Shown here piece by piece: positions 39,522 through 51,428 of a DNA stretch of 64,000 nt. The notes under the pieces were generated by a model. The model saw only the letters and a program-made list of their open reading frames with translations. It was not told the DNA's origin and did no database searches. Source of the stretch: Macrostomum hystrix. Taxonomy: Eukaryota > Animalia > Platyhelminthes. The stretch lies in NCBI GenBank assembly GCA_950097015.1, contig CATNEN010000007.1:5580001-5644000 (forward strand), in the 5' to 3' direction. A program made the position numbers and the translations under genes. Position 1 is the stretch's first letter. The number at the start of each line of letters is the position of its first letter.

Positions 39522-39847
39522 GGGGGGTGGCAAAGCGGTCTAACGCGTTTGCCTCTCGCACCAAGGTCCCTGAGCTCGATTCCGCAGCCGCAGCCGTGTA
39601 ATTTACGCCCTTCAGGGGCCAACCCCCAAGGCAAAGTGAAAGTGTACACTGCCTGACGATGAGAAAGTCAGGGCAGATGTACCAACCTGTGTGTGTGCCT
39701 TGGTACTGTATCTGTGTGTGCGTGTGCTCAGGAGTCAGCAGAATGGGCAGAATTGCCTCCTCGCTGTCTGCGAGTCTAGTGTCCACCTAATGATGTGCCA
39801 TTGCCTGCAGCCCTCCTGCAATTAATATTGTTATTATTATTATTATA
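39522..39847 (+). mobile_element. tRNA-derived SINE family A, near full-length with TSD
   Basis: A box TGGCAAAGCGG, B-box-like GAGCTCGATTCC, (ATT)n tail. Flanked by atgacctgtcttgac and ataacctgtcttaac. Homologous to three other copies in the window. Confidence 0.8.
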
Positions 39848-40199
39848 ACCTGTCTTAACTCATACACGTAGTTAACTCATGCAGCTCGCGTGGTCGAGTA
39901 TTATCAATCCGCATTTCTCCCCTATCGGGTTATCCCCACTTCAACAAGCATACCGTTGAGCAGTGCTCAACGAGTCTCAGGAAATCTTTCGTGCCCTGCC
40001 CACACAAAGCAACGATTAACGATCAGCGGAGTGACATCACGCCATGCCTGCCATCGCATGCCAGCCTATGAGAGCCTGAACCGCCATCGGTATGAATCGA
40101 TGCGCTGCATGACTCATCGAACGATGAAACTTACAGTTCACTTCTTTGAGCACCTTTTTTTCAAAATAAATGAAATTCAACTGCCTTAATAATAAATTG

Positions 40200-40444
40200 T
40201 TTATAATAATTGATTACACTTGCCCAATCGGACAGCCGCAGCTATTGCGCAGCGCATCTGAAGGCTGCGTACGACAGTTCAGTCCATGGACTTGGGGACA
40301 CCCCACCCACCCTGAAATACCTGAGGATCAGCTGAAGTAATGCAGAGTACCTTGCTAGAGGACATAAATTTTTTCCAGTGGAGTCGGGAATCGAACCCCG
40401 ACCTTCGAGTCGTGAGTCCTCTAACCTAACCACTAGGCTACAAC
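40200..40444 (-). mobile_element. tRNA-derived SINE family B
   Basis: Minus-strand head has A box TAGCCTAGTGG and B box GGTTCGATTCC but a poorly paired anticodon arm, then a ~170 nt body and an AT-rich attattat tail. Only one copy in the window. Confidence 0.6.
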
Positions 40445-41687
40445 AAAAACTCTGCAGGTTGAACTGTACAGGTAGCGGCGCTTCGCATTTTTTCTAAGAA
40501 ATCAAAGAAGAAGTGCCGACATGAGGGGTAAAAGAAGTCCTGCAATTTCCATGATCCAATGAAGCACAAATGGACCACCCAAAATGCAGAATTCTAGATC
40601 CAAGCGGAAATCGGTACCTACAGGACCGATTGGCAATGCCGCCTTGCGCATGTGACATCATAAAAAAGTTTTGACGCGCAGGCAATCCTTTGAAGAAGGA
40701 TAAACAGCTAAATTGCACAGACTCGGAGTCGGAAAACTGGGCCGCGATCGGCACGGACCCAATTCATTTGTATCGAAATGGAATCGAAAGGCAGGCATAT
40801 TTTTGGAGCCAGGAGCGAGGCCTCCAAAATGACGAAGAGTTCAGACAGAAATATTTTGCCCCCCCCAGTTGATTTCGCATAGCTGCGTCACTGTTTTGTA
40901 GTCATTTTTAAACTGTCATATTGATCTACCCATTCGCATACTTTCTACTTAATATATGCCACTTTCATTTGCCTAATCAATTGATTCTGCACAGCCATAG
41001 GCAGCTACAGGTAGCCCACTGGAAGTCTCAATTCGCAATGTATCAAGATCAGTTGACTCCATATGCCCAAAACACCGCAGCAGCAGCATATAGGCCCCAC
41101 TGCACTCAGGCAAAAAAGTTAGTGAAATGTTTTACATTCAAGCTATACCAATGGACTGGAGTTTGAAATGTATCCAAATTCTGATTGCAAACCCAGCTAA
41201 CCACTTTAAGGTATGGAGAATTGATGCTCATGCGATTTCCTAGAAATGCTTACCTGAGTCAGCAATACACTTTCTAGGAAATACCAGGACCACCAGAACC
41301 ATGCAGAAACTATTAGAAGAACTATCATTTTCATTATTTCTCGGCTTGGCCAAATAAATTTGATAAGTCGCCCAGCTCAAGCAGACATACATTCACTATT
41401 CTAGCTAGATATCAGAATAAATTATAAACTAATTGAGGATGCCAAGGCAAGTTTGTCCCATTTTTTAGAAAGTTTTATATGGCATGCTCGTAAAGCATGA
41501 AGTGCTACAAAGACTAGACGAATGCTTAAACAATTCCCAAGACTGGGAATATATTATTTAGTTTTATGATCTACAGAATTATGACCGAAAAATGGGTCAA
41601 TGAGCGTGCAGCTTCCATGACAATAACAACCGGACTCTAATACTTTTTTACTTCAGATAAACTGGCCCACAATTTTTGCCTGATAAG

Positions 41688-42960
41688 TCTCCATGACCCA
41701 CCAATACTAGCCTCCATGACCCACCAATACTAGCCTCTATGACCAACCAATACTAGCCTCTATGACCCACCAATTCTAGCCTCTATGATCCACTAATACT
41801 AGTCTCCATGACCCACCAATACTAGCCTCCATGACCCACCAATACTAGCCTCTATGACCCACCAATACTAACCACCAATACTAGCCTCCATGACCCACCA
41901 ATACTAGCCTCTATGACCCACCAATACTAGCCTCCATGACCCACCAATACTAGCCTCCATGACCCACCAATACTAGCCTCCATGACCCACCAATACTAGC
42001 CTCTATGACCCACCAATACTAGCCTCCATGACCCACCAATACTAGCCTCCATGACCAACCAATACTAGCCTCCATGACCCACCAATACTAGCCTCCATGA
42101 CCCACCAATTCTAGCCTCTATGACCCACCAATACTAGCCTCTATGACCCACCAATTCTAGCCTCTATGACCCACCAATACTAGCCTCCATGACCAACCAA
42201 TACTAGCCTCCATGACCCACCAATACTAGCCTCCATGACCAACCAATACTAGCCTCCATGACCCACCAATACTAGCCTCCATGACCAACCAATACTAGCC
42301 TCCATGACCCACCAATACTAGCCTCTATGACCAACCAATACTAGCCTCTATGACCCACCAATTCTAGCCTCTACGACCCACCAATACTAGCCTCCATGAC
42401 CAACCAATACTAGCCTCCATGACCAACCAATACTAGCCTCCATGACCCACCAATACTAGCCTCTATGACCAACCAATACTAGCCTCTATGACCCACTAAT
42501 ACTAGCCTCTATGACCCACCAATTCTAGCCTCCATGACCCTCCAATACTAGCCTCTATTTACCCCCACTTCTAGCCTCTACGACCCACTAATTCTAGCCT
42601 CTATGAACACCAATTCTAGCCTCCATGACCCACCAATTCTAGCCTCTATGACCCACCAATGCTAGCCTCTATGACCCACTAATACTAGCCTCTATGACCC
42701 ACCAATGCTAGCCTCTATGACCCACTAATTCTAGCCTCTATGACCCACCAATGCTAGCCTCTATGACCCACTAATACTAGCCTCTATGACCCACTAATAT
42801 TAGCCTCTATGACCCACTAATTTTAGCCTCTATGACCCACCAATTCTAGCCTCTATGACCCACTAATACTAGCCTCTATGACCCACTAATTCTAGCCTCT
42901 ATGACCCACTAATATTAGCCTCTATGACCCACTAATTCTAGCCTCTATGACCCACTAATT
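41688..42960. repeat. 23-bp minisatellite (tagcctctatgacccaccaatac)
   Basis: Tandem units. Confidence 0.95.
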
Positions 42961-43038
42961 CAAGTCGATATCACCCATGAATTTTAACCTGTATGATCCA
43001 CGAATTCTATGAAAGCGACAGACACCGCGTCAACTCAC

Positions 43039-43409
43039 CAAGGTCTCAAAAGCGTCATCGCCATCGGCAGTGTCGAAGCCGATGCCAGAGGCTTGTAGGT
43101 TCCGGAGGCCGTGATACTCAAAGTGCTTTCGCAGCTCAGACTGGCTCGCCGCCCTGTAGGGGCAGAACAAGCAGCAGCGGTTTGAAGCGCCCGCTGCCCC
43201 CGAAGGAACAGTTGTGGGCTTGAGCAAGCCGCGGAAGATTGTCTCAAAGCTGGGCGACGCAAGCTCGGCCGGATGCGCGATGGCGAGGTGCTCGGACATG
43301 AAGGCCGCCGAGTTGCTGACCTTGGCGCAGACGGAGCAGCGCAGAAGGTTGAAACGAGCGACCTCGGAGCCGTTGAGGTCGGCGTCGCGCTGGATTGAGT
43401 TTCCGTTGA

Positions 43410-43467
<58 letters not shown>

Positions 43468-43563
43468 ATGCTTGGTAGTGAAGTGAGCCTCCAGCTTGTC
43501 AACGTGATGAGTGACAAAGTGACACAGCGGACAGCTGAGAACCAGCACTTCTGCTGCCGCAAT
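43039..43563 (-). CDS. Internal exon with three C2H2 zinc fingers and a polyQ tract; probably an upstream exon of the TALE gene
   Basis: Acceptor tttttccccag|ATT and donor TTG|gtgagt, 525 nt, phase 0/0. Fingers: CPLC..HFTTKH, CSVC..HLAIAH, CLFC..HFEYH. CAG repeat at about 43411-43467. Confidence 0.8.
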
Positions 43564-46047
43564 CTGGGGAAAAATTCCCATTTTCTGGCAATTCCCGAGT
43601 CGGGAGACACGACTGGGATAAAAGTTAGCTTCGGAAAGAGGATTTGAGAATGAAAGCTCTCAGTCTCAGTCAAGCTCTCAAGATGCTGCTCGCTGTCAGC
43701 CTTTCAGCGTCTTATTTTCCTAGCGGAATAGAGGAAAGGGGATTTGCCGCCGCTCAGAGAAGATTTATCTCGGATCACTTTTCGAAAGCCGCGGCTGCTT
43801 CAGTCGGAAGGAGTAGATGGAGTGTGGGGATCAGGTGGGCTGCGTCATACTCCGCTGAGGAGTCGCTGGGATCAAAGAGAGAGCGGAGACGGCCGGGAGA
43901 TCGAGGAGAAAGAGAGGGTGTGTCTGCGAGTGGGATCCGGATGGGATGAGACGACTGGTTCTCCTCTTTCTGCCTCCGATTGAATAGTGGTTGGGGGATA
44001 TATTATTTTGATGCCAAACAGTGCTGAGGCCGGCTAGGCCCCTGCTGTCTGTCTGCGTGACTGACTGACCGACTCTTGAAAGTGGCGCAGCTGGCGCTGG
44101 CTTTGGACCGGAGTCGAAATTGAAAATAGATGAATAAATTCGCTCTGGCCAGTAGTGGGTGTCGCCTCCGCTGTCGACTTTCCCTTTCTTGACTCGCTGT
44201 TTTTCACTGCGCTATTATTTTTCAATGCCTTCAAAGTTGACGCTGGAATATTAAGACAGGCGGTCACCTCCTCTCGGATCGGGGAGAGGTGGGGGGTCAG
44301 AGAAGTAGGGGGAGCTGAGGAGGGTGGGTGGGTCGGGCCTCGCTCGCGCATGAAGAAAAAAACGGGCGACGAGGTCGAGAGAGGGGGGTCCGAGCGAGGG
44401 GTTGGCCTCGGCGAGTCAAGTCAATCAGTCAGCACCCCCACCCTCCCCAAACCAGGGGGCGCCACCCGCCCCCCTCCGGCCCACACGCCCCCGGGCTGAG
44501 CTGAAAGCTTGGCCAATCCAGGCATGGAGGGGGATTGGCCTAGGAGGAGGGGCCGACGGCAAACCCCGTGGGTGCTTTGGCATCTCCCGGGTGAGAGAGG
44601 AGAGGCTGGGGAGTCAGGGCCGGCACTCACTGTGCCCGGCAGTACATGCGTCAAAGTCAAGCTCGCAGTTGTCTGCCGTGTCCTGCCTCATCTCTTTCTG
44701 CTTCCACATCCTCAATCTCCTACGCCCGTCAAGGACTGGTCAGGCTTTGCAAGGGAAATTGGGATAAGGGGGTGGATATCCGCTCAAATCCCAAACTGCC
44801 CTACATACATTTCATTTCGTTTCGGCCTCGGCATAAGCCACCACCAGAAGAAGCGAAAGCTCACCTTCTGGTCAGGGCACACTCGAAGCCGTCTCACACA
44901 GCTGAGCAGAGCCGAGTCCGAGAGCTGTCACAGGGAGGAGGGGGGATTAGGGATCTTCCAGGGCGCGCAAACGGGCTGAAGAGTAAGAACTGTAAAAATA
45001 AGAGGCGAAATGGCAGCCGCAGCTCGCTATAGGGTTGTCACTCGAACCACAGCCACTGCGGCCCCAGCCTCCACTGCCCGTGCTCTCCTCCCACGGCTCC
45101 TCCCTCTCTCCCCTTCCTCTCTCTCGCGCTTTTTCTCCTTCATTTCATCAAAGCAGTGAGCCGAGGTGATTGAGCTGGCAAAAGGGAGGGCTCCGCGCTA
45201 TAAGCAGTGAAGTTCCTTCCCCCCCGCTGCAACCTCAGCTGCGCTGGTCAACTGACTGACCTTCGGTAGCGTCTACGACATTTCAGCTCTCCCTCCCACT
45301 CCTTGCCTCCTCCCCACGTCAAAGCCTCCTCTCTACCCAAGCCTGCCTCTGACGCCATTCCTCTCCTGTCCGTCCCTTGGGCAGGAGGCGATGGGGTTCG
45401 ATTTGACGCTCAAAGACTCTCACAAATCCCGACCAGCTCTCATCTATCTCGACAGGCCCAAATCGAGCCGTCACCTCCGAGCAGGGTGTGGGTGACGCCA
45501 TCCCCTCCGCTACTCGACCTCCTCCAGAAAAGCTCGAGCAGGAGGTTCAATGGCGTCAAAGTCTTCTGTTTTGTCAAATCCCCACTGCTCCCACTACTTC
45601 GCCCCCTCCCCTGATTCACTCCCCTCGAATCCGGTCCCAAATCCCACCTCGACAAAACTGACGCCCAGCTTTGAAATATTCTGCTTCCTCTCTGCCAGTC
45701 TGTCTCTCGTTGTCTCTCGTTGGCACGGGCGATCGCACCCACTTCATGCCAGGACTCAGGGCTGGGAGGCGAAACAGGGGTGGCAGTGATCACCGGGATC
45801 TGGTCCCCACAGCAGCTGCTGCCGCCTCATCGCACCGCTCATTTTGAGTCCGTCTCCTTTTTCTCCCCCCATAGCTTTTCTGCTCCTCCTTAGCCGAAAT
45901 ACCGTCGCGATCCTCACGCGAATCTGCCGAATTTCCCTCAGCAGCTCGCTTGGCTGCCCGAAGAAATTGTTCGCCACAGCCGCCCACCCCACCTCCCAAG
46001 GACAGGTATACATGAGCACTGGGTATACCTGTATAAGCGGTAATTTA

Positions 46048-46745
46048 TGGAATCAGGGACAGTGGAATCAGGGACAGTGGAATCAGGGACAGTGGAATCA
46101 GGGACAGTGGAATCAGGGACAGTGGAATCAGGGACAGTGGAATCAGGGACAGTGGAATCAGGGACAGTGGAATCAGGGACAGTGGAATCAGGGACAGTGG
46201 AATCAGGGACAGTGGAATCAGGGACAGTGGAATCAGGGACAGTGGAATCAGGGACAGTGGAATCAGGGACAGTGGAATCAGGGACAGTGGAATCAGGGAC
46301 AGTGGAATCAGGGACAGTGGAATCAGGGACAGTGGAATCAGGGACAGTGGAATCAGGGACAGTGGAATCAGGGACAGTGGAATCAGGGACAGTGGAATCA
46401 GGGACAGTGGAATCAGGGACAGTGGAATCAGGGACAGTGGAATCAGGGACAGTGGAATCAGGGACAGTGGAATCAGGGACAGTGGAATCAGGGACAGTGG
46501 AATCAGGGACAGTGGAATCAGGGACAGTGGAATCAGGGACAGTGGAATCAGGGACAGTGGAATCAGGGACAGTGGAATCAGGGACAGTGGAATCAGGGAC
46601 AGTGGAATCAGGGACAGTGGAATCAGGGACAGTGGAATCAGGGACAGTGGAATCAGGGACAGTGGAATCAGGGACAGTGGAATCAGGGACAGTGGAATCA
46701 GGGACAGTGGAATCAGGGACAGTGGAATCAGGGACAGTGGAATCA
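46048..46745. repeat. Perfect 15-bp minisatellite (tggaatcagggacag), about 46 identical copies
   Basis: No variant unit seen. Confidence 0.97.
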
Positions 46746-47636
46746 TGGCTACTCATATTCAGAGTAATAGATTTGCAAAAGCAGATGGAGAGTGAGCTCA
46801 TATGAGTAGGGGGTTGCAGACACAGTATAATTGTCAGACTCAGCAAACTGTCAAACAGTGACGGGACTTGACTGCTTTGGCTTAGCGGGGGGTGGGCGGG
46901 GCATGCGAAACAGTGCAACTCTGAAAGCAGAAGGGAAATGCAGACGAGATAGACAGAGAAAAAGAGAACGAATTAGCTGTCAACAAAGTGACAGACAACG
47001 CGAGAGAGAGGGGGGTTGCAACGATAGCCGGACTTGGCAGCTCAGAGGAAGTGAAGATATTCTCCTGGTTGACAGACAGGTCACAAGCAGGGCCTGGCCA
47101 AGCAGTGGGCGGTGGGTGCTCAGCATTAGTTGGGGTGGGCAAATAGCCAACTGCTGGGAGGTGGACGCGGTTGAGTGGGGGGTGGCTGAAGGGATTAAAA
47201 GTGAAATATATCGCCTGACAGACAGGTCAGACAGGTCAGACAGACAGTTGGCATGTCCGAGTCCCGGGCAGAGGCCCCACTTAATATTATATATAAAAAG
47301 GTAGGAAATGGTGCGCACTTTTGCACAGAGACCAGGTGCATGGCAACGTAATTTTTTGCTTAGTCTCGACTTTCGTCTAATTGATTCAGCTCCACAAACA
47401 GTTAAGACAAACTGGTTATGACTGTATAGCTGATGTATTTCTGCTTTCCAGTACTACCTTAACATACAATATTACCTGATCGCTGGACCAATTACAAGAT
47501 TTGACCAATGCAAAACGCTATCTGTGTCTGATAGGCAGGCAGTAGGTAGTGGAAGATGTTTAGTTAGTACGAAAATTATGTAATTGAGTTGCCTCAGTTG
47601 AGCTTCAATTAGGCAAATTATGCAATGGGGACTACC

Positions 47637-48071
47637 TGGTAGATGGATGGGACAGTTTGGAAGACGGATGGGACAGTGTGGTAGATGGATGGGACAGTGT
47701 GGTAGATGGATGGGACAGTTTGGTAGATGGATGGGACAGTTTGGTAGATGGATGGGACAGTTTGGTAGATGGATGGGACAGTTTGGTAGATGGATGGGAC
47801 AGTGTGGTAGATGGATGGGACAGTTTGGTAGATGGATGGGACAGTGTGGTAGATGGATGGGACAGTGTGGTAGATGGATGGGACAGTTTGGTAGATGGAT
47901 GGGACAGTGTGGTAGATGGATGGGACAGTTTGGTAGATGGATGGGACAGTGTGGTAGATGGATGGGACAGTTTGGTAGATGGATGGGACAGTGTGGTAGA
48001 TGGATGGGACAGTGTGGTAGATGGATGGGACAGTGTGGTAGATGGATGGGACAGTGTGATAGATGGATGGG
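47637..48071. repeat. 21-bp minisatellite (tggtagatggatgggacagtk)
   Basis: Tandem units. Confidence 0.95.
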
Positions 48072-51000
48072 AGAGGCAGGTAGACAGGTTTGACAGGTAA
48101 ACGTTCAGGGTTGACATACATGCGGTTTGACAGGCAGATGGACATGTTTGACAGGAAGATGGACATGACAGACAGGTGTCAGATAAGTGATATTGTATGT
48201 GGCAATATTAAGCAATGTTCTCGCTCGGATACAACCAGCCCATTGTAAATCGGGCTAGTACAGAATGCTGCAGTATGCACTTAAGCTGCACACTGAAATA
48301 CATTTATAATGAAGTGATTGGTGGTTATACAGGTCTGACAGATTGCAGTCGGCCCATTGAAGTAACTGCTTCTTGTCACCAAGGCGAAGCGGGTGTGCAT
48401 CTGGGCCGCATTATGGAGGCGGAATATTGTTTTCGCACTTAAAAGCAAATGCAAAGCCTGCGCCGTGAGGCTGCCTGTTGGGCGGTGACTTCTCCACAGC
48501 AACTGGGGAAAATTATTGTTCCAAGGCTGCGCAGAAGTGGCAATCCACTCTCTCTCTGTATCTCTAAGGCAGTTGTTTTTCTTGGCACCTTGTATAAGTT
48601 GCTTGGTTCTGCTATCGCTGCAAAAATTGCAGCGGGTCAACCTACCGCAACGCTACAGTCTCATTTACCTTTGGAGCAAAGCAGCAAGCGAAAGGAATTC
48701 TACTATAGACACCTGTGATCTGCCTTCTTCCAGTTCGCGTCTTTCTCCTCTTGGAGAACAGCAAAAAATCGCGCGGAAAAGGCGGCCGCTGTTTCTCGCG
48801 AGGTTGCCTTTGCGGTGGGTGGGCATTTTTAGTCGCTGCGGAGAAAGTTTTCAGTGTAAACCCGACTTTTCACATTGGGAAATATTCCAGCAAATTGGAA
48901 GCAATCGTTTGAGGGAAATTTTCGTATAAACTCTGCCCATGCAGATTTAGAAACTTTTGAGGAGAAATTTCGAACTGAGTTGACACAACAGAAAATTGTG
49001 GCATAGACTCAGCTGGGAACTGTGAGTCAGCCGGGGCGACACTGCAGCTACTTGCAGTTAGAGATTAGAGACAGCTGATCGAGTTGATTAAACGACCGAG
49101 CATCCCGTATGACGTCATTATTGAGTGATGGGGGCGGCGATTTCCTGTCTGTCTCCGGAATTCCTGTCGCATGCCAAACTGGGGCTGACAGACAGAAATG
49201 CTATTCTCGGAGTGAATAGTTGAGCAGTTCTTAAACTGGCCAGTCGGGGCCAAGCCCGCCCTCCACTGGACTCTCCCTCATCTACTCGTCGATCTAATCA
49301 AAACTTTGCTTAACTGAGGCTATCGGAGTGGGACCTGGGAGAGTTCGTGCATGCAAGCTGATGGCTGCATGCGAATCGGGCATTGGGACTTAGGGCATGG
49401 CTGGGCAACTTTCAATTTTCCCCAATCCTCGCTTGATGCCCATGCCATGAATGAGCAGCGGTGTCTTCGCTGGCCCTGACCTCCCCGGCTCTGCCTTCCG
49501 ATCTTCTCAAAGTCCAGCCCAGCCCCAGCCTAAAACAGTTCTACGCGGTCTCTCGCCCTGCGAGCCAGTTCTCCATCAGTTTCAACTCCCGCAGCTCCCG
49601 AGGGGGGGCTCCAAGTGGAAGCGATGCTCGTCTGCGGGCACGCAGAGCAAGGCCCACCGGGGGTGGAGGTTGGGGGCTTTGACAAGCAGCTCCGCTGGTT
49701 TGATAAGGCGCTGTCATTTTTCGTAATTGATGGGCCCGAGAGCGAGAGCGAGAGAGAGGGGAAGAGAAGGCAGGCAGTGGGCCGGCCCCTGCATCCAGAT
49801 TTGAAGCGGCGCCCAGCGCAGTGCTACTCAAGTCCGCAGCCTTCCATGACAGACAGGCGTCAGTCAGGGACCTCTGATAATGGAAATAAGGCGCTGGGCA
49901 TTGGTGGGAGGAGGCGGGCGTTTGAGGGGCCCACGGGACTCGCAAGTCAAGGAGGCAGGGCCTGTTGTGGGCGTTGGGCAAACCTGGAAATAGAAAACTC
50001 CCTCCCCCTGCTGCAGTCGGCAGTTTCTTTATGAGTGGAGAAAATGCTGATGCTGCAGCGGCCTCAACTGCTTCTCGGGGAGCAATTCTCGATTCGCTGG
50101 CAGAGCAGATAAAGAAAATAAATTGGCCGAGACCAAACAATTAAGAGCTGCACGGTGAGAAACCTGCCAACCCGTTTCGGGATGAACAAAATGTCTAACA
50201 AGCCGCGAAACAACCCATGCCAGGTGGGCAGGTGTTCTGTGTCAACAGAATTTTCGCTGCAATTAATTCTTTAAAAACGCTGCCAGTTTCAAAGAAGCGA
50301 CGAAATTGGCCGTTTTAGAATGGGGATATTTTTATTTTAATGTCTTGGCGGTAAAGTTGTCAAGTAAAGCGTTGGTTGTCACCGCCCACGGCAGAGTAAC
50401 TAATTCACTCACACAGCTGCTCCATCACAACTCGAACCAATAGTTATATTTGAGCCAGAAGCAGAACCAAAACCCATCTCAGAAGCAGAAACTTTCGCCA
50501 TCTTTCTAGCAGAAGCAGAAAGGCCGCTCGGAGCAGGCCTCACCAATGGCACGAATCTATCAAAAAAGTGTCAAGACAGAGTGAGTGAGCGAGAGAGTCG
50601 GTCAGTGCAGCGCCACGTCATGCGACTTTATTTACTTTTCATTCCTTTTCAATCTTATTTTTTCTAGCCACAGACCGCTCTCTCTTCCTCTGCGGCCGGT
50701 GCCACCATGTGCGTCGGCGTCGGAAGAGACAGGGCGGACATAGAGAGTGGGACATTGTGCATCCCTGACGAAGCACACAGGCCGACTGACTGGTCAAGCC
50801 GCGACCGTCATCCCGCAGTTTGATTGATAAGAAAATGATAGATGGACCTCAGACGCTGGACAATCCAGTCAAACTCACTCTCCCTCTCTCTCTGATTCAC
50901 AGCTTCTATTTCACCCTGTTTGCTCCGTTTCCCAGTTTTGGTTACTCACGGCTCTCACAATTGCTGGCCTATCTTTACAGTTCCACTTTCCAGTCTCCGT

Positions 51001-51092
51001 CTCTGCCTCCTTCTCACCAGATTGTCTACCTTCTCACCATTTCTATCTCCTTCTCACCCACTGTCTCTTTTCACGCTGTCTCCTACCCGCTT

Positions 51093-51428
51093 AGACTGTC
51101 TACCTTCTTAGCCAGACTTTCTAACTTTTAACCCAGACTGTCTACCTTCTCACCCAGACTGTCTACCTTTTCACCCAGACTGTCTACCTTTTCACCCAGA
51201 CTGTCTACCTTTTCACCCAGACTGTCTACCTTTTCACCCAGACTGTCTACCTTTTCACCTAGACTGTCTACCTTTTCACCCAGACTGTCTACCTTTTCAC
51301 CCAGACTGTCTACCTTTTCACCCAGACTGTCTACCTTTTCACCCAGACTGTCTACCTTTTCACTCAGACTGTCTACCTTCTCACTCAGACTGTCTACCTT
51401 TTCACCCAGACTGTCTACCTTCTCACCC
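51093..51428. repeat. 21-bp minisatellite (cccagactgtctaccttttca)
   Basis: Tandem units. Confidence 0.93.

Noticed and set aside
39645-39680. Hammerhead ribozyme core (CTGACGA..GAAA) in SINE family A
   Set aside because: There is no stem II and no properly placed stem I/III; a simple ctgac/gtcag hairpin explains it.
40374-40444. tRNA-Val(CAC)-like gene
   Set aside because: A and B boxes are good, but the anticodon and acceptor stems pair poorly and the sequence continues into a SINE-like body and tail.
44860-44990. Candidate upstream exon for the zinc-finger/TALE gene (tttttacag...AAG|gtgagc on the minus strand)
   Set aside because: Splice-like signals are present but there is no ATG or coding signature; unsupported without transcript data.
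45844-46918. Long ORFs (NQGQW)n, (ESGTV)n and (DSTVP)n as repetitive structural or amyloid proteins
   Set aside because: They arise from a 15-bp repeat that is open in several frames on both strands, with no synonymous variation or credible gene structure.
50707-50823. 38-aa plus-strand ORF with perfect Kozak context (gccaccATG)
   Set aside because: No recognisable motif, signal peptide or second copy; it cannot be distinguished from chance.
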